Part shown: positions 26,438-39,009 of the stretch, piece after piece | Layout of the letters: each line of letters starts with the position of its first letter | How positions within the stretch are numbered: position 1 is the first letter of the stretch | Made by a program: the position numbers and the translations under genes | Notes under the pieces: generated by a model | Seen by the model: only the letters and a program-made list of their open reading frames with translations | Database searches by the model: none | Told to the model about the DNA's origin: nothing | Assembly: GCF_964194155.1 (NCBI RefSeq) | Contig: NC_135882.1 | Location: 117,986,001 to 118,050,000 of the forward strand | DNA: 64,000 nt | Direction of reading: 5' to 3' | From: Cetorhinus maximus | Taxonomy: Eukaryota

Positions 26438-27664
26438 CTAGCTGAAGGTCCATTGGATTAAAGCCTCCTGGGTGTCCCTGCCTCCCTGGAGTATGCCTGG
26501 GTCAGCATCTACCCCCTCCACATTTCCCTGTGCGTGCTCATCCTCGGACTCACTGCTGGACTCATCGTGTACAGCCGCAGCCACTGCGTCGACGTCTTCA
26601 TCATTCACTGTGTCCCCCCTTTCCAGCGCAAGATGGTGGAGAGGGCAGCATGCAACCACTATCAGCGACGTACAATCTGTGGGGTACTGGAGCACTCCCC
26701 CTGAGTGGTCCAGGCATCGGAAGTGCATCTTGAGAAGACCGATGGCTCTCTCCACCACAACCCTTGTGGAGACGTGGCACCTATTGTACCGCTGCTCAGC
26801 CACTGTTCTTGAATGGAGGAAAGGCGTCATGAGCCACTTCTGAGGGGATAGCCCTTGTCACCCAGCAGCCATCCATCAGGCCGGGCTGGAGCACTGAAGA
26901 GCCCCAACACCTGGGAGTGTCTGAGGATGTAGGCGTCATGGGAGTTGCCTGGGTACCTTGCACAGACTTGTAGAATCAGCATCCTGTGATCGCACACTAT
27001 CTGCATGTTCATGGAGTGGAAGCCCTTCCTGTTGACCAAGGCACCGGGCTCACCTGCTGGTGTCTTGATGGCCACATGTGTGCAATCTATAGCATCCTGG
27101 ACGCGGCGGAAGCCAGCAATTGCCGTGAAGCCTCTGGCTCGCTGTCTGGCTTGCCTGGTCCCAATTATCGTGGATGAAGGTCAATGCACGCCTGAACAAA
27201 GCATCTATAAGCTGCTGGACATAAGTGTGCACAGCTAATTGGGAGATACCGCAAAGATCACCCACCGACCCCTGGAAGGAGCCAGAAGCATAAAAGTTGA
27301 GGGCAGCTGTGAACTTTAGAGCCACTGGCATGGGGTGTCCACTCACACAGTGGAGATCTCAGGCCCTATCATCTGACATATTATTGACTGCCTCCCTTGA
27401 GAGACAGACCCTCCTTCAGCACTGCATCTCAGACATATTGAAGTAGCTGCTTTGCCGCCTGTATACCCTGGCAGCAGGATAGTGGTGTCTTCTGTGGCCC
27501 CTTCCACCTTGGGCTACCTCTTGGCCCTGCACCCCTTGTGCCTACACCTGTCATCGCAAAAGTGGCCCCCCTGGAGGCTGAATGTGGACTCCTGGCCTCC
27601 TCCCCCTTCTGGCCCTCCCTTCCTCCTCAGAGGAGCTGCCTCCAGTGGACAGTTCAGCTCCCAT
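26438..27664 (-). pseudogene. Harbinger (HARBI1-like) DDE transposase, frameshifted
   Basis: ALNFYASGSFQ..VGD.CGISQ, AIDCTHVAI, NRKGFHS.N.QIVCD, YPG.SHDAYIL, LLGDKGYPL, YN..H..TRVVVERAIGLLK..FRCL, acidic tail. Split over several frames. Confidence 0.93.
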
Positions 27665-28704
27665 TCCCAGGCTAAGGAAAGGCTTCCTGAAATTTGAGGG
27701 CCCAGAAAAGATTACTCACTGCAGAGTGCTGACCTGAAGGTTGAGTCCAGAAAAGGCAGCTGGTATGCGTTTTGGAGTATTGCAGATCACACAGGCAAGT
27801 TTCAAAAAATTTCAGAAATAAATGCTTGACTGTGCACACTCAACCCCTGTGAGCCCTCTTATCCCACCCGTGGATGAGGTTAATACAAATGTGTCCTTCC
27901 TACCTGTTGTGCCGAGCCACCGAAAAATCGGCATTGATTGGCACCTCAAAGGCCTTAACTGGCCCATTAATTAATGGCGGGCGTGCGTTGGGCATCATCA
28001 CGCACCCGCCCAGTGAAATATAGCGATGGGACACTTGCCCGACTTCACCATGCATCATTTTACGCACGGATGTGCAGGGCCTGTCCACGTGCGCCAAAGG
28101 GAAAATTCAGCCCCATAATTACTGCTAAATGCTCTGTCACCTTAAAAAGCTAATTTTATATTTGTTAAGTCACATTTTAGCATAATAAATGTTATAGTTT
28201 TTAAAACGTAAAACTTCTTTCATTTTTAAAAGTGTTTTTCTTTATTGTAGCTGTATCCTAATCCAATAATAGTCATTTATTTTGTTTTCTTAAAATATAA
28301 ATTAAAAGTGAAGGTGATGAAATGCTTTTAACTTTCTGGATTACTGTGTGTGCTTACTTCAACGTGGTTGCCTGGGTCCTGACATCACTGCAACTACACA
28401 TCAAGACATCATCTTGATGATGTGTCACCAGATTTAAGCCACCATTGTAAAAGGGGAAACCAGGTCTCAGAGCTTGCTAGATCTTTGTGGGCAACTTTCT
28501 TCAAGGCCAGTGGTGAGCACTCTTGCTTAATCACCAACAGTAAAATCAGGGCCAGTGCATCATCTTCCAGCTCACAGTGATAAATTTCATAGCGTTTCAG
28601 GAATGTGGTACACTGATGTATTATCCTGAGTAGTTCCTCTTATATACTCACTGTAAGTGTCTGATTTCATATCTATCCATTCCTGCAGGGCTATTTCTTG
28701 GACA

Positions 28705-31700
28705 TGCACAAAAGCAAAATACTGCAGATGCCAAAAATCTGAAATAAAAACAAAATTCTGGAAATATTCAGGAAAAAGAAATGTGGGCAAAGGTTATGAT
28801 CTGTAATTGTTGAACTCTATGTTGAGTCTGTAAAGTGCCTTATAGAAAGATAAGGTAAAAGCCATATCTCTCTGCTCAGCAATTATCTCCAGTTCAAATT
28901 TATTCCACATAGATTCCAACTGAAAAATCCTTCATGTTTCAGATCCACCCACAATTGCCGATATCTTTAAGATATTAGCCTTCCTCAAACTATTGCTCTT
29001 GCCTCATCCTGAGATCCATGTTCATCAGAATGCGCCACAACATGTGTATTTCTGATAGTCCTCTACCAAAGCATAGTCTCATGCTTTCTCAGAGATATCT
29101 TGGTCCTCAGTTCCATTTTATCCTTCACCTTATCGGACACTTCAACAAAAATCTTTTTTTCCCTTTCGGGCCAGAAACTTCAACTCAGGATACCAACCCT
29201 GCTCTTGCTCCTCCCCCTTCATTTTTTTCTGACCCCATCCCTTAATCTTATTGTTTTTTCAGTATTTCCTTTGACCTTGAATGATCAGTCCTGAGCAAGG
29301 GCCTCAGCTACACCCACTCATGCCCACAACTTGACTAATTTCAAGCTCAGCATGATACTGGGTTCTTCTGCTACCTTCACCTTTGCGTCTGTTGCTTTGA
29401 TACTGAGTCTTTTCTCCCTGCAGTGGGCACTTTCTTCTTCTTAAATTCTCATCTTTATTCAGGCCTCTTGCCCCTCTCTAGGTCTTTTTATTAAAAATTG
29501 ACAGCATGACATTGGCTGTCTCAATTTCTCAGCTCTCCTCAGTGTAACCTATCTCCCTCTGAATGTGGAGCATTCTTTTCTCTCAGGGCAAATACTTCAT
29601 TGCCATCAAACTTAAAAGGGTGGTGCTGTTTTAGTTTGGTGAACCAACTAAAACTGCTAGTTTGCCTAGCAGTGGCTGAATGCCAATGCTGAATGGAGAT
29701 CTTCTCTTCACAGCCTTCCACCTCAGTCTCTCAACTCCAAACAGGCTGCTTCTACCTCTTTCCTAAGAGCCACAGACCCCTCTTCAGTCTGTTCATGCCA
29801 GGCCCCACAGAGCTGATTTCTTCCTATATCAACCCTTTTTTTGTTTGCCTGGCCCAGGATCTTCCCACCTATGTTGCAGACTCTTCCAATGCCCTCTGCC
29901 AGTTTCTGGGATCCAACCATCTCCTTTTCACCAAGGATGACCAATCTTTCTATACCTCCATCCCCCACCAGGACAGTCTGAGAGTACTCCTTCTTCATTG
30001 AAGGGAGGTCCAGCAGTCTTCATCCGCTATCTTCCACTTGGTTAAACTCGTTCTCACATTGAACAACTTCTCCTTTGGCTCCACTCACTTTCTCCAAATA
30101 AATTCTGCTCCTATGGGAGCACACATGGACCCTAGCTATGCCTGCCTTTCTATGGGACAAATGGAACACCCTTTGGTCTGGTGCTACTCTGGTACCCTCC
30201 CTAACCTCTTTTTCTGGCACATTTGTGACATATATGTGCCATTTTCTGCTCTTGCCCTGAGCTTGAAAGCTTCATCAGCTTTGTTTTCGGTTTCTACTCT
30301 TCCCATAACTTTGCATGGTCCATTGGTCTACCTCCAACTCTTCCCTCCCCTTCCTCAATTTCACTGCCTCCATTTCTGGGATAGGCTATGGACCGATATT
30401 CACCATCGGTTCACTGACTCATACTGCTACCTTTACTTCCTCACATATCACTTCCTGTAACAGCTCCATTCCATTCTCCAGTTTCACTATCTCTGTAGAA
30501 TCTGTTCTGGCGATACAACCTTCCATACTTGTGCTTCTGATATGCCTTTTCTCTTTAACCGAGGATCCACCTCACCCTCCCCACCTAGTTGACAGCACCC
30601 TCAACTGTATCCGTTCCATATCTTGCACTTCTAATCTCGTCTCCTTGCCCTGCCTGACCATCCAGGCTCCTCAACCTCACCACCACAATATGGTTCCTCT
30701 TGCCCGCACCTTCCATCCCACCAAACTTCACCTCCAACAGATTTCCACCACCTCCAATGTGATGCTGCTGCTAAACATATCATCTCCTTCCTTTTCAATA
30801 TTCCAGAAGGACCATTCCATCTGCAACACCCTGGTTCATTCCTCAATCTCTGCAACTCACCCTCTCCTTCCCATGGCACCATTCCCACAAAAGTGCAAGC
30901 GATGCAACACTTGCCTTTTTACCCCTTCCTTTCTCATCATCCAAGGCCCCAAATATTCTTTTGAGGTGAAACAGCAATTACTTCCACTTCTTTCAATCCT
31001 GTATACTTTATTTGCTGCTGACGATGTGGTCTTATTTACAGAGGTGAGACCAAAAGCAAATTGGTTGACCACTTTGTGGAGTGTCTCCGTTCAGCCAGCA
31101 AGCATGACTCCGGGCTTCCACTTTAGTTTAGTTTAGAACTTTAGTTCTCTCCTCAACTCCCTCTCTGAGCTCTCCTTCCTCGGCCTACTGCACTGTTCCA
31201 ATGAAGCACAACATAAGCTCAAGGAATGGCACCTCATCTTTCTATTAGACACTTTACAAGCTTCCAGCCTTGAGTGAGTTCAACAATTTCAGATCATAGC
31301 TTCTGACCCCTTTTTCTTTTTGTCATATTTTTTGTTTTGGATGACAACTGTTAGCGATATTCTGTTTTTCATATTTACACCTCCCCTAGACACATCTTTT
31401 GTTTCTTTACTTGTCCCACAGGGTTCGGTTAGCTCAGTTTATTGGATGGCGAGACTGCAGTGCAGAAAAATGCTAACAGCACAGATTCATTTCCTGTACT
31501 GGCTGAGGTAGTTATTGAAGTCTGCCTCCTCACCATCCCCCACAATGATATCATGGTATAAGTCATGATTGGCAACTCTTGGACAAATCAAGACACTACA
31601 TGGAGAGCAGGACTTGACCCAATACCATCCCTTTTGTCACTTAATCTGTGCTTCCCTTCACCCTGTCACAGACAATAGTTCTTCCTTCCCTTCTCGCCTT

Positions 31701-31850
31701 TCCCTGCATCTGCACTTGTTTAAAACCTGTTACATCTCTAACTTTTTCCAACTCTGAAGGTTATCAACCTGAATATTAGCTATGTTTTTCTTCTCACAGA
31801 TGCTGCCACACCTGCTGCACATTTCCAGCATTTTCTGTTTTTACTCTTGG
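28705..31850 (+). mobile_element. Degenerate Penelope-like retroelement (inverted partial terminal repeat ~28705-28860, RT, GIY-YIG, 3' repeat)
   Basis: LVLTLNNFSF.STHFLQ....MG..M.PSYACL.MG (RT), CKRCNTC...IQGPK.SFEVKQ (GIY-YIG region), 3' repeat at ~31730-31850, and an inverted copy of the 3' end upstream. Confidence 0.8.
31418..31615 (+). mobile_element. tRNA-derived SINE inside the Penelope 3' region
   Basis: GGTTAGCTCAGTT head. Homologous to 40102-40275 (..GCAGAA..AACAGCA.AG.TTCA..CC..TAC..CTGAGGTAGTT). Confidence 0.6.
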
Positions 31851-32014
31851 ATTTGTGTTGTCTTTTTTGATTTGGATATGTGCTCACCAGGAGTGAATCA
31901 GTACAGTGAATCAGCACTTTTAAAATGCATACTTGTGTCGAGTTTTTTAAAAAAAAAACCTGCTACTGACAACTTTCATTTGCGGTCAAGTGGACTTAAT
32001 ATGTGTTTTTGAAT

Positions 32015-32410
32015 TCAATTTCCCATTCCCCTCCTGAAGGGATTGAATCCTTGCTGGTGTACTGTTTTGCAGCTATCAGGCATTCTCCATATAGACCTGT
32101 GTGTCTTGATAATGATTGTCAGCAAGCTATTAAGTTACAATAGCCTGCTGACATTACAGTTATCAAAGCAGAGCCTAATTATGTTCTTCCTTGTATTTCC
32201 AACTTGAGCAGGTAGATAATGAGATGATCAGAAGTGGGAACCCTGGCTAATACTTCCCTCACTAAGTCAGGATTTTAGACCAAGTGTAGTGATCCTACAG
32301 GCACCCTGACTGAGATGAGCAAACTCTGGGACGGAACATGGAACTCTTTTTGGATAGCTTTTTGGATATACTCTTTGAATATACTTGGTGGTAATTTAGC
32401 CACTCGGTGC
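32015..32410 (-). mobile_element. Ancient Deu-domain SINE (SacSINE1/AmnSINE1-like)
   Basis: Reverse strand: ATCTCAGTCAGGG...TAGCCAGGGTTCCCACTTCTGATC...AATAGCTTGCTGACA...CCTTCAGGAGGGG..GGAAATTG, following the Deu-domain order as I recall it. Confidence 0.65.
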
Positions 32411-32688
32411 TTTGTGCATTTAATGAATATGAATGTTATAAACTGGCTGTTCATTGGGATTTTGTATTTACATAAATTAACATATTTCCAATTAATTCAA
32501 ATTTCATGCAGTAAATGAATTAAATAAAACTCCTCTCAGGCTTGCCAAATAAGATCATGGAGTATATTTGCTACCACTAAATTCTGTAAGACTTGGCCCA
32601 ACTTGCAGATAAAGTAAGATTTAACTGACCTAATTTATTGTGCTATTTCATATTTTGAAAGGGGTACATCCAGTAGTGTAGTGGTTCT

Positions 32689-32908
32689 GGGCTGAATTTT
32701 ACCAGCTGGGTGGATGGTCCAATGTCAGGTGGAAATGTTTAATAGGGCCTTTAGATATTTAAATTGTGGTGGGCAGCCTGCCTAATTCTGGTCCCGCTGT
32801 CGGTGAAATTCTTCGACGGTGGGGGAGCCAGTCCGCCATGTCTCCCTATGATTTTACTGCACCCTCTGCCCCCATTCCCACCACCTGGGGACCAGTAGAA
32901 TTCTGCCT
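32689..32908. mobile_element. Harbinger-type MITE inserted in an old tRNA-like head
   Basis: Termini GGGCTGAATTTTAC / GTAGAATTCTGCCT. The first 12 nt are identical to the TIR at 23605. No clear TSD. Confidence 0.65.
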
Positions 32909-33443
32909 CGTGTTATGGACAAGTAATCCAGAAGCCAGGCAAAAATAATTCATTGAGTTAAAACTTCATTCTGTTTGATAAGCATAGTTTAAAAAAAAAT
33001 CAGTACATGTGACTGATGAAGTTGTAATTGAAGACAGTGGAATGGGAAATTCAGAGACATGGCTGAGCCAATTATGTCTGTTTTACACAATCCCTAAAGG
33101 TGAAAGGCCCCTAAAGAGTGATCAACATATGGAATATCTTCTGCGAAAATGAATGGAAGGGAAACTCTGAAATCTCATTAAGAAATAATTGAATGCTATA
33201 ATTGTGGGGAAGGACTTCAGGATCTTTCCAATAGAATAAATTAAGATAGGGCAATGGCTTTCCTGGTCTGTAACTATCTTGTAATGTATATCTGTAACAT
33301 AAAAGATCGCAGCTGGTCAATGCATATGAGAGTAACACTTACCAAGCTTTTTCTATTCTATTTCCTTCACCATTATCTGTGACTATTTTTAGTTATTATA
33401 ATCTGTCACTATTAAATGTAACCATTTCATTTAACATGCCATT

Positions 33444-35302
33444 GGCCCAAATCTTCTACTCCCTGGGTGGTCATACCTTGGCGGTACCGCAAAAGTTGCG
33501 CTGGGGGAGCCCCCGGAAGTCCCCATGCAAGGACTGCATGGGAATTGCCTGGGAAATTGACGCTTCTAATGGGCAATTACCGGCACCTGGAACCATACAA
33601 TACTCCGATTTAAATCAGAGACTTTGGATGGTTCTGACTCTCTTAACAGAATAGTTACCCAGGAAAGAAGAGTTAAAACCACTTCGAACTCCTGGGTAAC
33701 TATGGTACTGGACCTCACTGCACCGCACCCACCCCGCCCCCCACGCCCGCCCAACCCCTGAGCCCTGACTATCTGACCAACCTCCTGACTAGTTCCCCCA
33801 TCCCACTCCCTGACCATCAACCCCCTGAACACCTTAACCCCTCACCCATTTATCTGACACCCTTACCTTCTCTCCAGTCAAAGTGGGTGGAACTTTTAAA
33901 CCAGGCTTGTCCAACCTCTGGCCCACGAGGCATTTTGATCTGGCCTGCCATGTCTTTGGACTCAACCGTTGAAGACAATCTGGACAGGATTTTGAAAAAT
34001 TATGCGAGCGTGCTCATCTAGTGACAGGCTAGTTTCTGCATGCATTGGCTGCTGATAGGCTCACCAGTTGGGGGTTGTGAAGGCAGCCTCCATTTTAATT
34101 TACTGGTTGGGGGGAGGGGGCACGTGCACCAGACTGGCAGGGAAGCCTCGGGCGAGGAGCAGGGGCCCTGAGGAACAGGGAGCTCAAGGGCCAAGAAGGC
34201 GAGGAGCAGGAATCCCAGGGCCACGGAGGTGAGGAGCAGGGGGGCCAGGCCCCAGGGTCCAGAGTGGGACCCAGGTGGGCCAGAATGGGGTGTGGGAACT
34301 GGAGCAGGGCCCAGGCAAGCCAGAGTGCAGCACAAGGGAGCGGGGCCCACTGGCATCTGAGTAGGTGAGTGACTGGAGACTGAGGGGTGAGAGAAGGTGC
34401 ATGAGTGTGGGTAGAGCAAGTGAGTGTGAGGGGAGAGTGTGCATGCGAGGTGGAGGGGGATCACAGAATCACATAATTTTAATGGTACAGAATTTGGCCC
34501 ATCGTGTCTGCACTGGCTCTCCAAATGAGCATTGTGACCTAGTGCCGTTGCCCTGCCTTTTCCCTGTACCCTTGCACATTGCTTCTATTCAAATAATCGT
34601 CTAATGCCCTCTTGAATGCCTTGATTGAACCTGCCTCTACCATACTTCCAGGCAGTGCATTCCAGACCTGAACCACACATTGTGTGAAAAAGTTTTTTCT
34701 CGTCACAAAAGCGAGGGGAAGAGAGAGAGAGTGTGTGCATAAGTCTGTCTCACTCCCAGATCAGGATTCTCATTCACTCTCACCCACACACACCATCATG
34801 CACTCTCATCCGCACTCGCAGTGGGTGAGGGTGAGTGAGCACCCTGAGGCTGGGAGTGAGCCGGATACATACACACTCACCCTATTGCATTCTAATGCTC
34901 ATCTTTATTTATTACTCATATTTTTGCTTATCAAGTTTGTTTCATTTTACGTCTCAGTTTTTTTGAAATTCATGTGGAACGTTGTGCCGAACTTTATCTT
35001 TCTGAAATTTGCTCATCAGCCCCTTAAGTGAGAAAAATTTTGAAATGTGGCCCCTGCCAACGTGATAAGTTGGACAAGCCTGAACTCACCACTTTATGGC
35101 AGCTAGTGCTGTAAAAAGGAGATATGGCTTCACCTTTCACATGTCGTGGACTGGAAGGAGCCCAGAGCTGCTATGTTGCAAGTTTCCCACCAGGCCCAGG
35201 TCGGAAGATCAGGCGAGAAATGTGCAGCTTCCGACTAAGATGAGTAAAAAGGAGCATAGTGGCAATCCGACAATCATTGCCACTCCTCGGAAATTCAGGG
35301 CC
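33444..35302. mobile_element. Non-autonomous Harbinger-type element hosting a hAT MITE
   Basis: Termini GGCCCAAATCTTC / GGAAATTCAGGGCC, flanks ATT/ATG, GC-richer body. Confidence 0.5.
33902..35082. mobile_element. hAT/Charlie-like non-autonomous element with a nested CR1-type 3' tail (~34460-34705)
   Basis: Perfect 14-bp TIR CAGGCTTGTCCAAC / GTTGGACAAGCCTG with subterminal TGGCCC motifs. The 8-bp TSD is not intact. Confidence 0.75.
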
Positions 35303-35679
35303 ATGAACTTAGTTCTTTAAGGTGGGTGGTGCTATTGCATACCTGCCTCTGAAACTGCTCTGCCTTTTAAAGTCTTTTTAAGTGAAGCAAATCATTTTAA
35401 AAGTTACTAAAGGCATTTCAGAACTTTTTACATTTTGCCATTTATGACTAACAAGACACCTATTACCACACTTTGTCAACCACACTCTGAATCTCTCCGT
35501 CCCAATTCTCCTGGAAACTTTTATCTTAATTTTGCTTCCCTGAGCCATCTATCTATTATTCTCAAATCCACCCCCACCTCAACACTAGTGACCCATAAGG
35601 CACTCTCCCACCCTTCCCCTCCCCAACCTGCCTCACTCCCTACTATTGCTATATATGTTCTTATAATATATGTCTCACA

Positions 35680-37250
35680 ACATACAAATTAGGAGCAGGA
35701 GTAGGCCACTTGGCACCTCGAGCTTGCCTAGCCATTCAATAAGATCATGACTGATCTGATTGTAATCTCAAATCCTGCCTATCCCTGATTACTTTTCGCC
35801 CCCTTGGTTATTAAGAACCTATCTACCTCTGCCTATTCACAAGATATTCAGAAGACTCTGCTTCCACCACCTTTTGAGGAAGAGAGTCCCAAAGACTTGT
35901 GACCCTCTGAGAGAAAAAAATTCTCATCTCTTTCTTAAATGAGCGACCCATCCACTACCGTCCTAGAATCCAGTGAGTTCTGTAATATTTCAGCCAATGC
36001 CACCACTATCTCTGCAGCCACTTCCTTTAAAACCCTTGTATGTAAGCCATCAGGTCCAGATGATTTGTCTGCCTTTAGTCCCATTAGTTTGTCAAATACT
36101 TTGTCCCTCGTGATAGACACTGTTAAAAGACCTTTCCTCCCATTAGCTCCTTGCTTATCTAATATCTTTGGAATGTTTATAGTGTCCTCCACCATGAAGA
36201 CAGATGCAAAATATTGGTTGAAATTATCTGCCATTTCCCTGTTCCTCGTTATCAATTCTTCAGTTGCATCCTCCAAGGGTCTTACGCTCACTTTAGCTAC
36301 TCTCCTTTTTATATACCCATAGAAGCTCTTGCTGTTTGTTTTTATATTTCTTGCCAATTTACTTTCATAATCAATTTTCTCCCTCTTTATTAGCTTTTTA
36401 GTCATCCGCCACACGTTCCTTAAAAAAAAAGATTCCCAATCTTCTGGCCTACCACTAGTTTTCGCCGCTTTGTATGCCGTAGTTTTTGATTGAATACTCC
36501 CCTTGACCACCTTTGTTAACCACGGGTGGTTCATCCTTCTCTTCGAGTCCTTTTTGACCAGGATACATTTTTGCTGAGCATTATGAAATATCTGCTTAAA
36601 TGCCTGCCACTGCTCATCCACTGTTCTTCCTCTTAAGTCTATTATCCCAGCCCGCTTTAGACAACTCTTTCTTCATACCTTTATAATTGCCCATATTTAA
36701 GTTGAGGACACTGGTTTGAGACCAATGTTGCTCACCCTCAAACTGAATTTGAAATTCTACCATGCTGTGATCGCTACCCCCTAGAGGATCCTTAAACACG
36801 ATATATCTCATTAACCCCATCTCATTACACATTACTAGATCTAAAATAGCTTGTTCCCATTCTGCAATGTATTGCTCTAAGGAACAATCACTGATGCACG
36901 CTGCAAAATCATCTTCCATGTTACCCCTGCCGATCTGATTTGTCCAGTCAATATGCAGATTAAAATCACCCATGACAATTGTAGCGCCTTTCTTACGCTC
37001 CTCCATTATTTCCCAATTTATACTTTGTCCTACAGTGAGGCAACTCTTCGGGGGCCTATAGGTGGCTCCCACCCCATCTATTGGCACCTTCCCTGTTTTC
37101 AGGGAATTTTGAAAAATTAAAACCAATACATCAACTATCTCACTAGCCAATTCTTTTAAGACCCTGGGATGAAGTCCATCAGGATCTGGGGATTTGTCCA
37201 ATTCGCTTGATACCACTTAGCTGGTAATTATAATTTTCCTGAGTTCCTCT
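35680..37250 (-). mobile_element. Rearranged CR1 LINE (3' end fused to N-terminal ORF2)
   Basis: ORFs 35935-36621 and 36614-37216 (YRPP, MGDFN, SDH, PWLT, KSSGPDGLH). The RT core is deleted at ~35950. Confidence 0.85.
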
Positions 37251-37251
37251 C

Positions 37252-38880
37252 AGAATCACAGTGCAGAAGAGGCCCTTCGACCCTTCGAGTTGGCACCGAC
37301 ACGTGAGAAACACCTGACCTACCTACCTACCTAATCCCATTTACCAGCACTTGGCCCATAGCCTTGAATGTTATGACGTGCCAAGTGCTCATCCAGTTAC
37401 TTTTTCAAGGATGTGAGGCAACCTGCCTCCACCACCCTCCTAGGCAGTGCATTTCAGACCGTCACCACTCTCTGGGTAAAAAAGTTTTCCCCTCACATCC
37501 CCCCTAAACCTCCTGCCCCTCACCTTGAACTTATGCCCCCTTGTGACTGACCCTTCAACTAAGGGGAACAGCTGCTCCCTATCCACCCTGTCCATGCCCC
37601 TCATAATCTTGTACACCTCGATTAGGTCGCCCCTCAGTCTTTTCTGCTCCAACGAAAACAACCCAAGTCTATCTAACCTCTCTTTGTAACTTAAATGTTT
37701 CACCCCAGGCAACATCCTGGTGAATCTCCTCTGCACCCCCTCCAGTGCAATCACATCCTTCCTATAATGTGGCAACCAGAACTGCACACAGTACTCCAGC
37801 TGTGGCCTCACTAAGGTTTTATACAACTCTAACATGACCCCCCTACTTTTGTAAACTATGCCTCGATTGATAAAGGCAAGTGTCCCATATGCCTTTTTCA
37901 CCACCCCACTAACGTGCCCCTCCGCCTGCAGAGATCTATGGACACACACGCCATGGTCCCTTTGTTCCTCAGAACTTCCTAGTGTCATGCCGTTCATTGA
38001 ATACTTCCTTGTCAAATTACTCTTTTCAAAGTATATCACATCACACTTTTCAGGGTTAAATTCCATCTGCCACTTATCTGCCCAATTGACCATCCCGTCT
38101 ATATCTTCCTCTAGCTGAAGACACTCAACCTCACTGTTAACCACCCCATCAATCTTTGTGTCATCTACAAACTTACTAATCCTACCCCCACATAGTCATC
38201 TATGTCATTTATATAAATGAAATAATAGGGACCGAGCACAGATCCCTGTGGTACACCACTGGAGACTGGCTTCTAGTCACTAAAGCATCCTTCTGTCATC
38301 ACCCTCTGCCTCCTACAACTAAGTCAATTTTGAATCCACCTTATCAAAATACCCTGTACCCTATGTGCATTTGCCTTCTTTATAAGTCTCCCATGTGGGA
38401 CCTTGTCAAAGGCTTTGCTGAAATCCATATAAACTACATCAACTGCACTACCCTCATCTACACACCTGGTCACCTCAAAAAATTCAATCAAATTTGTTAG
38501 GCATGACCTCCCTCTGACAAAGCCATGCTGACTATCCCTGATCAAACCTTGCCTCTCCAAGTGGAGATAGATACTCTCCTTCAGAACTTTCCCTACCACT
38601 ATAGTTTCCCTACCACTGACGTGAGACTCACTGGCCTGTCGTTCCCTGGCTTATCTCTACAACCCTTCTTAAATAGCGGAACCACATTAGCTGTTCTCCA
38701 ATCCTCTGGCACCTCCCCTGTGGCCAGAGAGGAATTAAAAATTCGGGTCAGAGCCCCTGCGATCTCTTCCCTTGCCTCCCTCAGCAGTCTGGGACACAAA
38801 TGATCCAGACCTGGAGATTTGCCCACTTTTAAGCCTGCCAACACCTCCAATACCTTGTCAGGGTTCCTAACTTGGAATAT
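37252..38880 (-). mobile_element. Young 5'-truncated CR1 LINE (RT and 3'UTR)
   Basis: NDRPVSLTSVVGK, QHGFVRGRSCLTNLIEFFE, YMDFSKAFDKVPH, long ORF 37440-38144, and a 3'UTR nearly identical to the 13131 copy. Confidence 0.92.
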
Positions 38881-39009
38881 CTTCCCTACTGTCTTTTGCT
38901 ATATCCTGGGATTCAGTAAAAGTTAGATTAGTTCAAATGTTCATTGGTAATCAAAGTCACTAATTTATAACATCCACACATATATGTTAATTATTGCAGT
39001 ACTCAGTAA

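Larger units (their letters stand above)
23605..28113. mobile_element. Complete PIF/Harbinger DNA transposon (4509 bp), inactivated
   Basis: 22-bp TIRs GGGCTGAATTTTCTGTTTGGCG / CGCCAAAGGGAAAATTCAGCCC (2 mismatches), perfect 3-bp TSD CAT (23602-23604, 28114-28116), GC-rich, two convergent genes. Confidence 0.95.

Noticed and set aside
26438-27664. Domesticated HARBI1 host gene
   Set aside because: It has frameshifts and stops and lies inside intact TIRs with a TSD, so it is a transposon copy.
30315-31136. 273-aa ORF as a host gene
   Set aside because: A mosaic of in-frame and out-of-frame decayed Penelope sequence.
34018-34524. Pro-rich 168-aa ORF
   Set aside because: Arises from low-complexity GAGGAGCAGGG-type repeats inside the hAT-like element.
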